Assembly: GCA_964106915.2 (NCBI GenBank)
Contig: OZ066929.1
Direction: 5' to 3' (one strand)
Source: Podarcis gaigeae
Taxonomy: Eukaryota
Length of the DNA: 64,000 nt
The position numbers and the translations under genes are program-made. Positions 24,401 through 34,430 of the stretch are shown here, piece by piece (the stretch's first letter is position 1; every line of letters begins with the position of its first letter). Under the pieces are notes generated by a model. The model was not told where the DNA came from and did not search any database. It saw only the letters and a program-made list of their open reading frames with translations.

Positions 24401-27291
24401 AGCTGACAGGCTTCTGATAGGGTTGAGTCTTGCCTGTTTTCAGATGCTCCCAAGTGAGCTGTTGGCAGCTAATAGAGCAGTAGAGGGTTATTTTAGTAAT
24501 AAAACATTTCAAGTTTCTTATTTTGAAGCATCTGGAGACAGGACATTTAAAAGTGCATTTATGCTCACAATGACAGGCTCTTCAAACTACACAGCTCTTA
24601 TTCCCCAAGAATCTCGAGTGTCGTATTCAGAATAGTAGAAGACTGTTTGTGGGTTCCTGTCAGAGCTATCTGCAGCACTTCAGCTAAGAGGTAAATTCTG
24701 TGTTGCTGACCTGGTAAGGATTTCTCCCCCCCCCCCCCCGAAGTCACCAACAGTTGCACATTTCTGTTATTTTTAGAAGGACCTAAAGTAGAGACATCAC
24801 CTTGCCAACAAAGGTCCGTATAGTAAAAGCTATGGTTTTCCCAGTAGGAAGTGAGAGCTGGACCATAAAGAAGGCTGATCGCCAAAGAATGGATGCTTTT
24901 GAATTATGGTGCTGGAGGATACTCAAGAGAGAGTCCCATGGACTGCAAGAAGAACAAACCTCTCCATTCTTAATGAAATCAGCCCTGAGTGCTCACTGGA
25001 AGGACAGATCCTGAAGCTGAGGCTCCAGTACTTTGGCTACCTCATGAGAAGAGAAGACTCCCTGGAAAAGACCCTGATGTTGGGAAAGATGAAGGGCACA
25101 AGGAGAAGGGGGTGACAGAGGACGAGATGGTGGGGCAGTGTTCTTGAAGCTACCAGCATGAGTTTGACCAAACTGCGGGAGGCAGTGGAAGACAGGAGTG
25201 CCTGGCGTGCTCTGGTCCAGGAGTCACGAAGAGTCGGACACGACTAAACGACTAAACAACAACAATGGACTCAAAAAAGCTGTGCTGCATCAAAGCCTTG
25301 CAGAGAATTCCAGCCCCCCCAACCCACAAAACAGATATGTCACCCAGGTCCCACATGAAGCAAGAAGTAAGAGTGCATGTAGACCCCATTACTCTGAACC
25401 CCACCACATCAAGTCACATCGCACACAAGATCACATGTATAACACAAACAGCAGTGCAGCACCATATCAGCTAAAGGAGAGATAGGCATTCTAGGGAACG
25501 TGCCTATTTTATAGATGGGGAACACTGAGGCTGAGGAAGTAAGCATGTAGAAGACATTTACCCCAGTTAATCTCATATTTAACCAATCCATAAAGGCAGT
25601 CAGGGCGGGGGGTGAGGAGGAAGGCAGAATAGAAGATGGCCTGGTGCTAGGGGAGAACGCAAGAGATTCATAAGAGAGAGTGGGTGCAGGGAGAGGGAAC
25701 CAGGAGCTCAAAAGAATGCACAGGCTCCAGCATGTGGGGGTGGGGAGTCTGATCTACATGGCATTCTCCCAGCTACTCCCAGATTAAGTCTTCCAAGGTT
25801 GCCACAAGTGTCCTTCCAGCAGCAGCCTCCAGCCTTTTCATGAGTGGAACTGTTGCCATTGGACTACAGTGGTACCTCGGGTTAAGTAGTTAATTCGTTC
25901 CAGAGGTCCATTCTTAACCTGAAACTGTTCTTAACCTGAAGCACCATTTTAGCTAATGGGGCCTCCTGCTGCTGCTGTGCCACCGGAGCACGATTTCTGT
26001 TCTCATCCTGAAGCAAAGTACTTAACCCGAGGTACTATTTCTGGGTTAGCGGAGTCTGTAACCTGAAGCATCTGTAACCTGAAGCGTATGTAACCCAGTA
26101 CAGTACTGGCAAGCCAACCCTGCTGCTGTCACCACAAGCTCCATCAGCAGGCTGTGGCAGCCCAGAATGTTACCCGCCCTCTGAGTCCTCTTCCCCACAA
26201 CCATTGTCATTTCACATTGGCGCATTGGCTGGTACCACATGGGCACAAGAGCTGTCTGAGAGGGCAGAGATAAACAACCACAGCAGAGCCAAAGGGGGGG
26301 GGGGGAGAGAAATCCTGCCGTTATGACAGGGCCTAGCCCTTGTTACTAGGAACATCCTGGAGAGTGGGGAAAGAGTCCCAGGGTAACTTGAGAGCCAAAT
26401 CTTGTCGCCAGAGAGCACAGGGCAAGGAAGACTTTCCCCTGTGGCTCCCACATTGGGTATAGCCACTAGTGCCCCACAGCCCAGCCCATGGTCCACCACA
26501 ATAGACACTGGAGAAGACCAACTGCAGGCAGAGCAATAATCATTCATCTGGACTGTATAAAGCTAAGAGCCAACATCCTTTGGCAATGCAGGCTGTTAGC
26601 TTTTGGAGGTCCCAATAAAGCCAGAAACGTCCACTCCAACCTTTGTGACCTCTTGAATTTGGAATCCTTCCTATGTCACCTGTACAAAGAGTTAGAAACC
26701 TGCAGGCAACCTTAATTTAAAGCAACAGAGCAGATATTGGGAGAGATGTGTAAAGCCCAAACCAACAAATGCCTCCTCTTCACCCGTATGGTATTCCAGA
26801 TCCAATCATTCACCAACATAGAGACTGCCTGAAGCCCAGCTAATTTTACACAGCTCTTGGAGCCTTTTCCTTTATGCCCCCGCCCCTGATACTTGACCAG
26901 CTTGACAGATTTCACTGTGTTTGCTTTTAACTTGCTATAGCATCAGTCCAGTGGTCTGAAATATGGACACCGTTGTCTCCTCCTTCCTCTGGCCTTGCAA
27001 GGGCCAGTTTTCTCAAAGCTTGAAGTTGTCACTGGGTATTGTCCTCATTCTCTTCACAAGCCATGCTAGACTGCCCCTTTCCATAAATGCAGCAGTTCCC
27101 TCGCACTGGTAGAACCCTTCCTGAATCGTGCCTCCCTCTTCAGGTTTGTCTGCGCCAAGTTACCAAAACAAGAAAAGGAAAGCAGGTTTAGGCAGCACAA
27201 GAAGAGTCATGCTTACAGGCTTAGCCCCTCGATCCTGACCAACCTGGCAAATCATTTCTCCGGTGGCGATAAGCTTGGTCCGCAGCTCCAT
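261..27291 (-). CDS. MYO1C: Unconventional myosin-Ic gene, 5' part (alternative first exons plus common exons 2-11); continues beyond window start
   Basis: Spliced exons give [43 protein letters not shown]-loop GESGAGKT, switch [10 protein letters not shown] and switch [10 protein letters not shown]. Common exons 2-11 are joined by GT-AG introns with consistent phase. Confidence 0.97.
571..690 (-). CDS. MYO1C: MYO1C exon 10 ([40 protein letters not shown])
   Basis: Acceptor TTCCTTGCAG, donor GTCAGC, 120 nt, myosin RDALAKAIY motif. Confidence 0.95.
872..943 (-). CDS. MYO1C: MYO1C exon 9 ([24 protein letters not shown])
   Basis: Acceptor CTTGCAG, donor GTAAGA, 72 nt. Confidence 0.95.
1589..1702 (-). 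CDS. MYO1C: MYO1C exon 8 ([38 protein letters not shown])
   Basis: Acceptor CTTCCCAG, donor GTGAGT, 114 nt, LHLGN motif. Confidence 0.95.
1843..1941 (-). CDS. MYO1C: MYO1C exon 7 ([33 protein letters not shown])
   Basis: Acceptor TCTTGCCAG, donor GTAGGA, 99 nt. Confidence 0.95.
2123..2302 (-). CDS. MYO1C: MYO1C exon 6 ([35 protein letters not shown]...YLVK)
   Basis: Acceptor TGCCTTAG, donor GTAAAG, 180 nt, YLLEKSRV and [10 protein letters not shown] motifs. Confidence 0.96.
2839..2919 (-). CDS. MYO1C: MYO1C exon 5 ([27 protein letters not shown])
   Basis: Acceptor TTCCTCTACAG, donor GTGAGT, 81 nt, switch I motif. Confidence 0.96.
3301..3499 (-). CDS. MYO1C: MYO1C exon 4 ([36 protein letters not shown]...SNPVLE)
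   Basis: Acceptor CTCCTCCTCAG, donor GTAAGA, 199 nt, P-loop GESGAGKT. Confidence 0.96.
4746..4861 (-). CDS. MYO1C: MYO1C exon 3 ([39 protein letters not shown])
   Basis: Acceptor GCTCTGCAG, donor GTGGGT, 116 nt, VNPY motif. Confidence 0.95.
5311..5469 (-). CDS. MYO1C: MYO1C common exon 2 ([23 protein letters not shown]...NLIY); isoform C ATG at 5436
   Basis: Acceptor TTGCAG, donor GTGAGT, 159 nt, phase 0 at both ends; GCC ATG G context at 5436. Confidence 0.96.
5820..5975 (-). CDS. MYO1C: Candidate additional MYO1C coding first exon ([27 protein letters not shown][[25 protein letters not shown]])
   Basis: ATG in GCCAGCCATGA context; two phase-0 donors (TTG|GTGAGC after 5895, GGA|GTGTGT after 5820), both in frame with exon 2. 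Confidence 0.45.
6655..6718 (+). mobile_element. SINE/CR1-type 3' tail fragment
   Basis: GGGGGTTGGACTAGATGACC...TTCTACGATCCTATGAT, similar to the tail at 40464-40518. Confidence 0.55.
9182..9199 (-). CDS. MYO1C: MYO1C isoform B (nuclear myosin I-type) first exon, coding part MKFRAV
   Basis: GCCAGCC ATG AAG TTC AGG GCT GTG|GTAAGG; 6 codons, phase 0; resembles mammalian MRYRAS. Confidence 0.8.
10345..10381. repeat. (CTGT)n microsatellite
   Basis: Perfect tandem TCTG units. Confidence 0.95.
13160..13580. mobile_element. Degraded LINE relics (L2-like 3' end followed by an inverted CR1-like 3' end)
   Basis: T-rich TGTTTTAATC...TGTAGCCCACCCTGGGACC tail; AGAACACAAGAGCCTTCTGGACCAGG resembles the copy at ~44265. 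Confidence 0.45.
16502..16947 (+). mobile_element. 5'-truncated L1-like LINE 3' end with poly(A) tail and 16-bp TSD
   Basis: ORF end (MKVMDYM...[18 protein letters not shown]), U-rich 3' UTR, AATAAA and A-tail; TACAATTCAAACTCCA at 16486-16501 and 16948-16963. Confidence 0.85.
18385..18760 (-). mobile_element. CR1 LINE ORF2 C-terminal relic
   Basis: Translation [13 protein letters not shown]...[12 protein letters not shown]...LERVQKK is typical of CR1 ORF2; degraded. Confidence 0.8.
21412..21443. repeat. (CA)n microsatellite
   Basis: Tandem CA units. Confidence 0.95.
22240..23540. promoter_or_regulatory. CpG island, MYO1C main promoter
   Basis: Very high GC and CpG density with GC boxes (GGGGCGGGG, CCCCGCCCC). 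Confidence 0.85.
22819..22960 (-). other. MYO1C: Probable non-coding first exon of MYO1C isoform C (5' boundary approximate)
   Basis: AAG|GTAGGC donor inside the CpG island; no nearby upstream ATG; GCC-rich leader. Confidence 0.6.
23782..23948. mobile_element. hAT-type MITE with 17-bp TIRs and perfect 8-bp TSD
   Basis: CAGTGGCGTAGCGTGGG...CCCACGCTACGCCACTG; CATACACT at 23774-23781 and 23949-23956. Confidence 0.9.
24788..25265 (+). mobile_element. RTE/BovB-like LINE 3' fragment
   Basis: Frameshifted [59 protein letters not shown]; tail ACGACTAAACAACAACAA. Confidence 0.88.
25867..26100. mobile_element. Tc1/mariner(Tigger)-type MITE with degraded right end
   Basis: TA followed by CAGTGGTACCTCGGGTTAAG; internal inverted CTTAACCCGAGGTAC; repeated TAACCTGAA units. 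Confidence 0.75.
27217..27291 (-). CDS. MYO1C: MYO1C isoform A first exon ([25 protein letters not shown])
   Basis: ATG at 27291, 25 codons, CCT|GTAAGC phase-0 donor; same length as and similar to mammalian [25 protein letters not shown]. Confidence 0.85.
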
Positions 27292-28014
27292 CCTCCCAGG
27301 GTTCGGTCTCTGGTTTTCACCATCCCTCTGCAGCCGGCGGACCTCGAACAGTCCTGGCATTCTCTGAAGGAGCAGCAGCACAATAAACAGCCTCCTTGGC
27401 CCAGCAGCGGAAGAACTGGAGGCCTGTGTTTGTACAAGCTCTAGGTGTGAGCTCAAGCAACAATGCAGTTCAAGCACTTGTTTCCACGTCCTTTCAGTCG
27501 TTCCAAGAGCCTTTAATTTATGTCTTTGCTTATTGCTTTTAACTCCAGTGTTTCTTCTCTCAGACCCAGGGGACTCTGGAGACCTAGATGGACATCTGCA
27601 ATTTTTGGCACCACCTTTGTGACCTTGGCTGTTCTGCCCTGAGAAGCTGCAGCGGAAGGGCTCTTTTCCTCCCTGGGTACATTAGCCCTCCTGGTCCCCC
27701 TTGCCCAGCCGGCGCCAGGTGTGTCTTTCTTTCTGTCAGACCTCTTCCTAAGGGGCAAAGCTTTGTTTGTGTGCTAATTTGGTAAATTATATGCACAACT
27801 TTTCACCCAAAGGCTCCTGAAGTCAGCAAGCCGTTTTATTCATAAAAAACAGCGGAAACATCATAAAAAGAGCTGCAAACACATAGTATATAAAAAAAGG
27901 CCACCACTGGCAGTAGGCAAATACATGACAGCGATAATCCAATCTGAACACCTGCATGACAGTCTTTACCAGTCTGTGAAATGGCCAGGGAGAAGAGAGG
28001 CTGCGCCCAAAGGA

Positions 28015-28290
28015 AGGAGGACCAGAGTCTGCACTGGTGCTACAGCCAAAAAAGACCCTCCCTGCATGTGAACAGCCTCAAGGTCTATGGATGAAGGACG
28101 ATATACAAATTTAATAAATAATAATAATGTGGCCCCCTCCATGTTTCTGCTGGAGGGGAAGGAGGGATATGGAGCAGGGCCTCCTCAGCAGATCTCGGAA
28201 CGGCAGGCGGGATAACCCGGTTTAACAACATTTGGGACTAGAGATGATAACCAGCACTTTGAACTGGGCTCAGAAAGAAATTAGGAACTG
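28015..28290 (-). mobile_element. Degraded L2-like relic interrupted by an (AAT)-tailed fragment
   Basis: ACCAGCACTTTGAACTGGGCTCAGAAA resembles the copy at ~34396; tail TACAAATTTAATAAATAATAATAAT ~28104-28128. Confidence 0.4.
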
Positions 28291-29184
28291 ATTAAGAGGG
28301 AACAACAATTTGTCCTCTCCTTATCTGAGAGGTCTTCTATGTCATCAGCCGTTCCATGACAGGCATAAATTCTATATGCTCACATTTTGCCTGCCACCAC
28401 ATCTCAATGCTAACAAAACAAAACAAAAAAGCATTTTGAATTTCTGCCTGTTTTTATGTAAACCACCTTGGGAATTTATTCTGGAGGACATTATATTGAT
28501 ATCTATAAATAGATAGAGAGGAACAGAGGAAATCCTAAATCTCCACCAGCTGCAAAGCCCTTGTCAAAGATAGAGTGGTTTACAGTAGTTGAAATATGTG
28601 ACCAAGACATCATGGGTGATGAAAGTGGCCAGATTTGCCTTCTCCAGGGCAGACACAGCAGCCAAAGCCCAGCTACTGCCAGCACCTGACCCCAGCCAGG
28701 CTCAAAAGAAGGAACACTTCCCCTTCCAGAACAGACTGTGTCACCGCTTCTGAGTCTGCTTATGTCTTTTCCAGAATAAGTTTCCCATTTCCAAAGCAAA
28801 TTCCTTGGTGGAAAGTACTTGCCAACAGTTTCTCCTATTCCTAAAAACATGGAGCAGACTTGAATCTCTCTTTTCCTTCAGAAGTGGTTTAATGGATGTG
28901 CCTTAAGACCCAGGCTGAAACAAAATATAAGAACAGGTTTTAAGAAATAGATGTAAAATGGTGGAGGGGGGGACCAGGAACTAAACGAAGGTGGAAAGGA
29001 GCCAAAGAGCACACTGAGGAGAAAGGGAGGCTGGGACACAGCTGTCCAAATATATTCCCCGGAGATAAACAATCCAAAAATAAGACTAGTTTATTTTTGT
29101 TTGGAAAAATGTAATTTTAAGTAATTTATTTGCTGAAACTTTAAATGTTGAGGGGTGACGAGCATACCCAGAAATACATATGTA

Positions 29185-29363
29185 CCGTATTTACTTGAAT
29201 CTAATGCTCACGTTTTTTGGCCAAATTACGTTGCAAAAATCAAGGTGCATTAGATTCGATGGCACATTTACATTCGCCAGCAATTCCTTTTTTTTTATTT
29301 CAAGGTTCTGAAAATTGAGGTGTGCATTAGATTCAGTGGTGCTTTAGACCCGAGTAAATATGG
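29185..29363. mobile_element. Tc1/mariner-type MITE
   Basis: TA-flanked imperfect TIRs CCGTATTTACTTGAATCTAA and TTAGACCCGAGTAAATATGG. Confidence 0.75.
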
Positions 29364-32300
29364 TATATGAAAAAGAAAAACTCTCAGCTGTTACTCTTGG
29401 CTTTTGCTACCCATCTGCAGCCTTTGCTGATAAAATTGAGCTTATATTAGTGATAGAATCACTCCTGCTAAGGGTTCAAGGTGGAGTTAGGGTTAATTGG
29501 TCTGATTAATCAACTGAATCCTTCATCAGAGATTGAAATCCCACCTCTCTTAAAAATAGACTGGTATCAGAAGCTCAGCTGTCATGTACACTACCCAAAC
29601 CTGGGTGGGAAGAGGCACCCTCCCCAGGTATCAAACTTGTGTTGAAAGAGAAAAGTTGCCTTCTAGTATAAAATAACAGTGTCCTTTCAAAGACTCCATG
29701 TTTTCCAAGATGTCTCACAGTTCTGAAGAATCTTATATTTATTTATGGAGCCACCTTGGCTCTGGTGTGTCACTGGCTGTAAGAGAGAGTGGCATAATCC
29801 CAAATGCAATGGGACAGTGAGGAGGAGGAAGAAAGGGAAAGGTTTTGAACTTGGTGGACTTAGGTAGGAAACCTATACAGAGGTTTGTTTGCAGAAATCA
29901 GTTAGTTTGGCATCCAGTGAAATAGCTAAATATACTTCAATTGTTGACAGTGCAGTTGAGAATGCAAGGGTGTCACAACTATGCTGCAGCCTCCCTCCAC
30001 CTCTTGGTGGGGTGCCTGGTCAGTCCCCATTCAGGTTTTGAAGGAAGAGAGAATGAAGGAATGATCTGGTGGACATACACTACTGATTTCCTCCCACGCT
30101 GCAGTGTTACCCTGCAACTGCTTCCTGATGGGGAGTGCTCTGGAAATTCACCCGCAAGGGCTGTAACTGCCTCTTGGTGATGAGTCCCACCAGCCTCCGT
30201 GAACTTTGTCTCCTGCCCTTCAGAGAAACTGCCTTGCTTGGTCCACGTTCCAGGATAATCAGGTAAGACAGGAGACAATGTTCTGGGACTCTAAGGCTGG
30301 GCCGTTTCAAGGAAATCATAATTTAGTTTGCAGGAAGCAGTGGGGAAAGAAACAATGGCTCTTATCAGTGGATATTTTAGGGTCCAGAAAACATGCGAAA
30401 TATCTTGGAAACATTTCCTGTTTACATAAAGCTGTGCTATGTAAATGCAGAGGTTCACTATTTATCCCCAAGAGAGGGGGTGACCATTGATGGCTCCTGC
30501 CTGCGTTAAGGGATGGAGAGGGGGGAGCAAGCTGCCTGAAGAAACCTGCAATGTTTCACTTGCTACCCCTCTGGCTGAATTGTCCTCAAGTGATTTCACT
30601 TAGGCAACTTGAAAGCAGACAAATGTTTTCTTTGAGAAACAGCCTATGGAAGACTGATGGAGCCAGCAGCTGCCAAGTATCTGACAAATGGGCGGCGGGG
30701 GGGGGGGGGGAGGCAGGGAAGGGTCATCTGGCAGGAGCTCTTCCTGCCCAAGAGAGAGCTTGGCCTTCCTCATCCACACTGGCAGTTGCAGCATGTTGGC
30801 CTCAGCAGGTATTTGTCTTTCTTTCATGCCATTGCTTGGGACACACATACACACACACTGGGGGTCCCCTTGCCATAGCATTTTACCCACATTCGGAAGC
30901 CACCAATCAGAATGCAAGGACTTAATTGTAGAGCCAGAGTCTCCAGCACCCCAGCCTGTCTACCCCTAACAAGGAGAAGCTTGAAGGAGCCTGCAGATTT
31001 TGAATTGTTGGAAGACGGGTGACTCAACCTCCTTGCCTAAGAGGAGTAAAAAGAGCAGGGACTGATTTCGAACGAAGGTTTGAACAGCCACAATCATGTG
31101 AAAGCCTCCCAACGCAGCACCGTCAAATTTGACCCACTTTAAAAGAAAGGTTGCTCCCAACTCTGCTAACATCATTAAGTCACATTACTTTTCCTGGTCA
31201 CCCAAAGTTCCCTTGGAGTCTAGTTTTTCTGCTGCTCTTAGCTGAAAATGGGTGTATTCCCCCCACACCCTGCCACATGATGATTTTGGCTGTCTTTGGT
31301 TCTGAGGATTTCACCAAATAGCTGATAGTTAAGTTAGCAAAAACTCTTATTACAAGTCATTCCTAATGGTGGCTGGTGCCCCCACCCTCAGGCTCCCATT
31401 CCCTACTTGCTCCTGCTCCAATTCTTCCCAGCAAACAACACCAGCTACTTCTCATCAGAGTGAGGAGAAATGGCTGGCCCAAAGCCAGAAAGCAAGCCTA
31501 TGGCAATTGGAAAAAAGAAAACCCTTGGACACAATCAGTCCATGACTTCTTGTTACTTCCCTAGTACAGCTTGGTACCTAAGACTTAAACAAAAGACAGT
31601 TATGAGTCTGTGGCTGTCTGATGCAGTGCCAGAAAAAGGACTCCTAGGCCTTAAGCAGTTGTGCAAAAAAGTTGCAGATTGATGTCGGTGCTGGGTGTTT
31701 ACAGAGGAGCTGCAGCTTGGGTGAGAGAAAATCAGAAACACTTTGGGAAGAAATCCTTGAAAGATCATTCTGCTCTGTCCCAGGAGGAAAGACTCCCTCT
31801 GCCCCCTCTACACACACACATCCCTGCCCAACCCTCTAGCCTCTTTCCAGGCCCATGCTGGGAATTAAAACCCCACAAGTCACCTCATAGACTGCTCTCG
31901 TGCCTCTAACATGCAGCAGCCAGGCGAGGCAACTTTACCTGTGCTGCTGCCCACAGACAACAGTTCAGGAAGCTGAGAGCAGAGGAACCCTCACCCTCGC
32001 TGCAAAATCTTTCCCTGGCTCTAAAACCAGGAGGTTGGGAGCGGAAGAGAACTTGCAGAAATACTGTCTCATCGCTCTCAACACTGATGGCCCACTTTGC
32101 TGCCTCCAGGGCATGTGTAGTTGTCTGTCAATCATTCGGGTCAGGGGCCAACCGTCTTCTTGGCAGGCAGCCATAACTGGCTTCTAGGGCAGGGCTTTGT
32201 AGGAAGATTTCTGCAGGCAAGGAAGGAGGAAGCGAAGCAGTGTGGAAGCAGCTGTATCTGGAGGGTGTGTTGAGTGGGGGGGGGGCAATAAGGAGCTGCT

Positions 32301-34129
32301 GCCGCCTGCTAGTCCCGTGTCCCATTGTGCCAGGGAAGAGCTGCCTGCTGCTCCCCCATGCAGTCGGGTGGACGAACCAAAGGCAATGGGACAGGAACAA
32401 GCAGCAGCTTCTGCCACCACCTGCCCGCCCCCCCCTCAGCAGCGCAAGAGGTGGGAATCAATGGCCTCCACTTCAAGGGGTGGGAGGCTGATGGTGCCGC
32501 AAGGCAAAGGGCAGGCCATGGGGGTTGCTGCTCCAGCATCTCTGGGGCAGTGAATTGGGTTAGGTTTTGGGGCCTTGGCAGCTGTCCCAGAATGCGAACC
32601 CTGCCAGAAGTTTTATCTCCCGATGCTTCTGCTTGTTTTAAGTATACTGTACTTCGTTTCAGTAGCAACCCAGATTCAGCTTTTTTAAACACACACATCA
32701 AAACTCTTCCTCTTTGCATTGTGAACCTCAGTGGTGATTTCTCCTCCCTCCTACTTGCTTTGCATTGGCGATCCTGCAGTGCTACTAGTGGGGGGGGGGA
32801 GAGAGCTGAGCCAGGCCAAGGAGTTCACAGCATCTTACTAGACCACAAAATAACAAAAAAAAATTTTAGCCACCTTTGCCAGCCGGTGCCCTCCCGATGC
32901 CTGGTGCTGAGAGCTGCAGGCCATCCTATCCTGAGGGTGCCAGGTCCCAGAAGGCTGTGGCGAAGCAAATCTTTCCTACCACTGTAGCACTGCTTTTAGA
33001 GGAAACCATGAACAGGATTGTTTCAATTCATTAACCAGTGAACAACAGTGCTGGGAGGGGGGAGGACAGATGTGAGAACTCCTCCCAGTTTTCTTGTATG
33101 CCTAGCAGATTTTTTAAAAGTTGCCTAGTTGTTTCCATGTTCAAGCCTCTCCTCAAATACTTTCCAGCCTCCCTCCCCTCCGCCTCTGGCTCAGTCATCC
33201 CTTCCCTCTCAGGCTCCCTGCGCCTGCCCTGTGGAGCCAGCCGCTCCCTGCCTGGTTATCTGCTTCCATCCGCAGCACAGGCCCTCTTCCTCCTCCCACC
33301 CCAGGTTGCACTCTGCCACAAAGGCATGGAAAAGCCACAAGCTGGGAAGATTTAATTAGACGACTTTCCACCGGTGGTGGTAGCAGCAGCAGCATTGTTC
33401 TGCCAAGAGATTAGCTTACTAAAGACAGATCCACCCCCTCAGTTCAAAAGTGTCAGCAGTTTTCCCTGGCACATTTCTGAACTGGCATTTCTGAAGCAAG
33501 TGATCAATTCCGGTCTTGTTTTGTGGTCTCGAGGATCTGTTCTCCCTCTGCCAATAGGAGCCAAAACAGCAGGCGCTTTTGAGCTGTGAAAAAACTTTTC
33601 GTGAAAAAATATTCCCACTTCCTTTGAAGCGGGGAGTGGGGGGAACCTTCCCAGATAGGCGTCCCCTGCCAATGGCAGTGAGCAGGGCCATCTCTTTTCA
33701 CGCTAACAATCTCCACGTCTCCCCAGCAACCCCCTTGTGCAACGGCATGCACCAGGGTTCAGGACACACACAAGCCTCATTTAAAGGCAGGCGCACCCTA
33801 CTGATGGTGAAGACGTCTGCACTGCCATCACTCAGAAGAGCTTCCAGAGGAGAGACCACGCCCGAAAAACAGCTGGAACCCTTTCAGCAGACTCTGCGTC
33901 CTCTGCAGTGCCCCCTTGTGGCTCAGAGACAACAGCAACAACTGGGAGGCAGAGTAACTATCAGAGTTAACATTTATTTTAACATTTCTTCTTTAAACCA
34001 TTTGTGATTCACCTCAAGGACTGCAAGACAAGTTACCATCTAAAATAAAATAGTATAGAAGCACAATACAAACTAAGCAGTGAAGACAAATAGCAGCAGC
34101 AGCAAAATACAGCAAATAACAGGTGAGGG

Positions 34130-34430
34130 GTTGGGGGAAATACAGTTGTTACTTGGTACCTAAAACATGATTTAAAAAAAAAGTTGATGCACTTGAAAGT
34201 GTATCACAAAAGCAAGGCACCAGCACAGAAAACACCCTGTCCCAAATCACCACCTGCCTGACCTGTGACACAGTGAGGTGCCAGGAGCTGGACCTTAAGA
34301 CAGTGGTCTGCAGGAACCAGCAGATTCATATGGGAGGAAGCAGAGCTCCTTCAGGTACCCTTTAAGGAATTAGGCTTTAAAAAACAGTAGGAGAAGCACC
34401 TTGAACTGCACCCAGAAACCAACAGCAACC
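34130..34430 (-). mobile_element. Degraded L2-like LINE relic
   Basis: CATATGGGAGGAAG...CTTCAGGTACC...AGCACCTTGAACTGCACCCAGAAAC pattern. Confidence 0.4.

Noticed and set aside
25867-26100. Repeated TAACCTGAA units as a CRISPR-like array
   Set aside because: Short, irregularly spaced internal repeats of a eukaryotic MITE; no repeat-spacer periodicity or cas genes
29941-30319. Short ORFs in the INPP5K-MYO1C gap as a hidden gene
   Set aside because: No recognisable homology and no coherent exon chain
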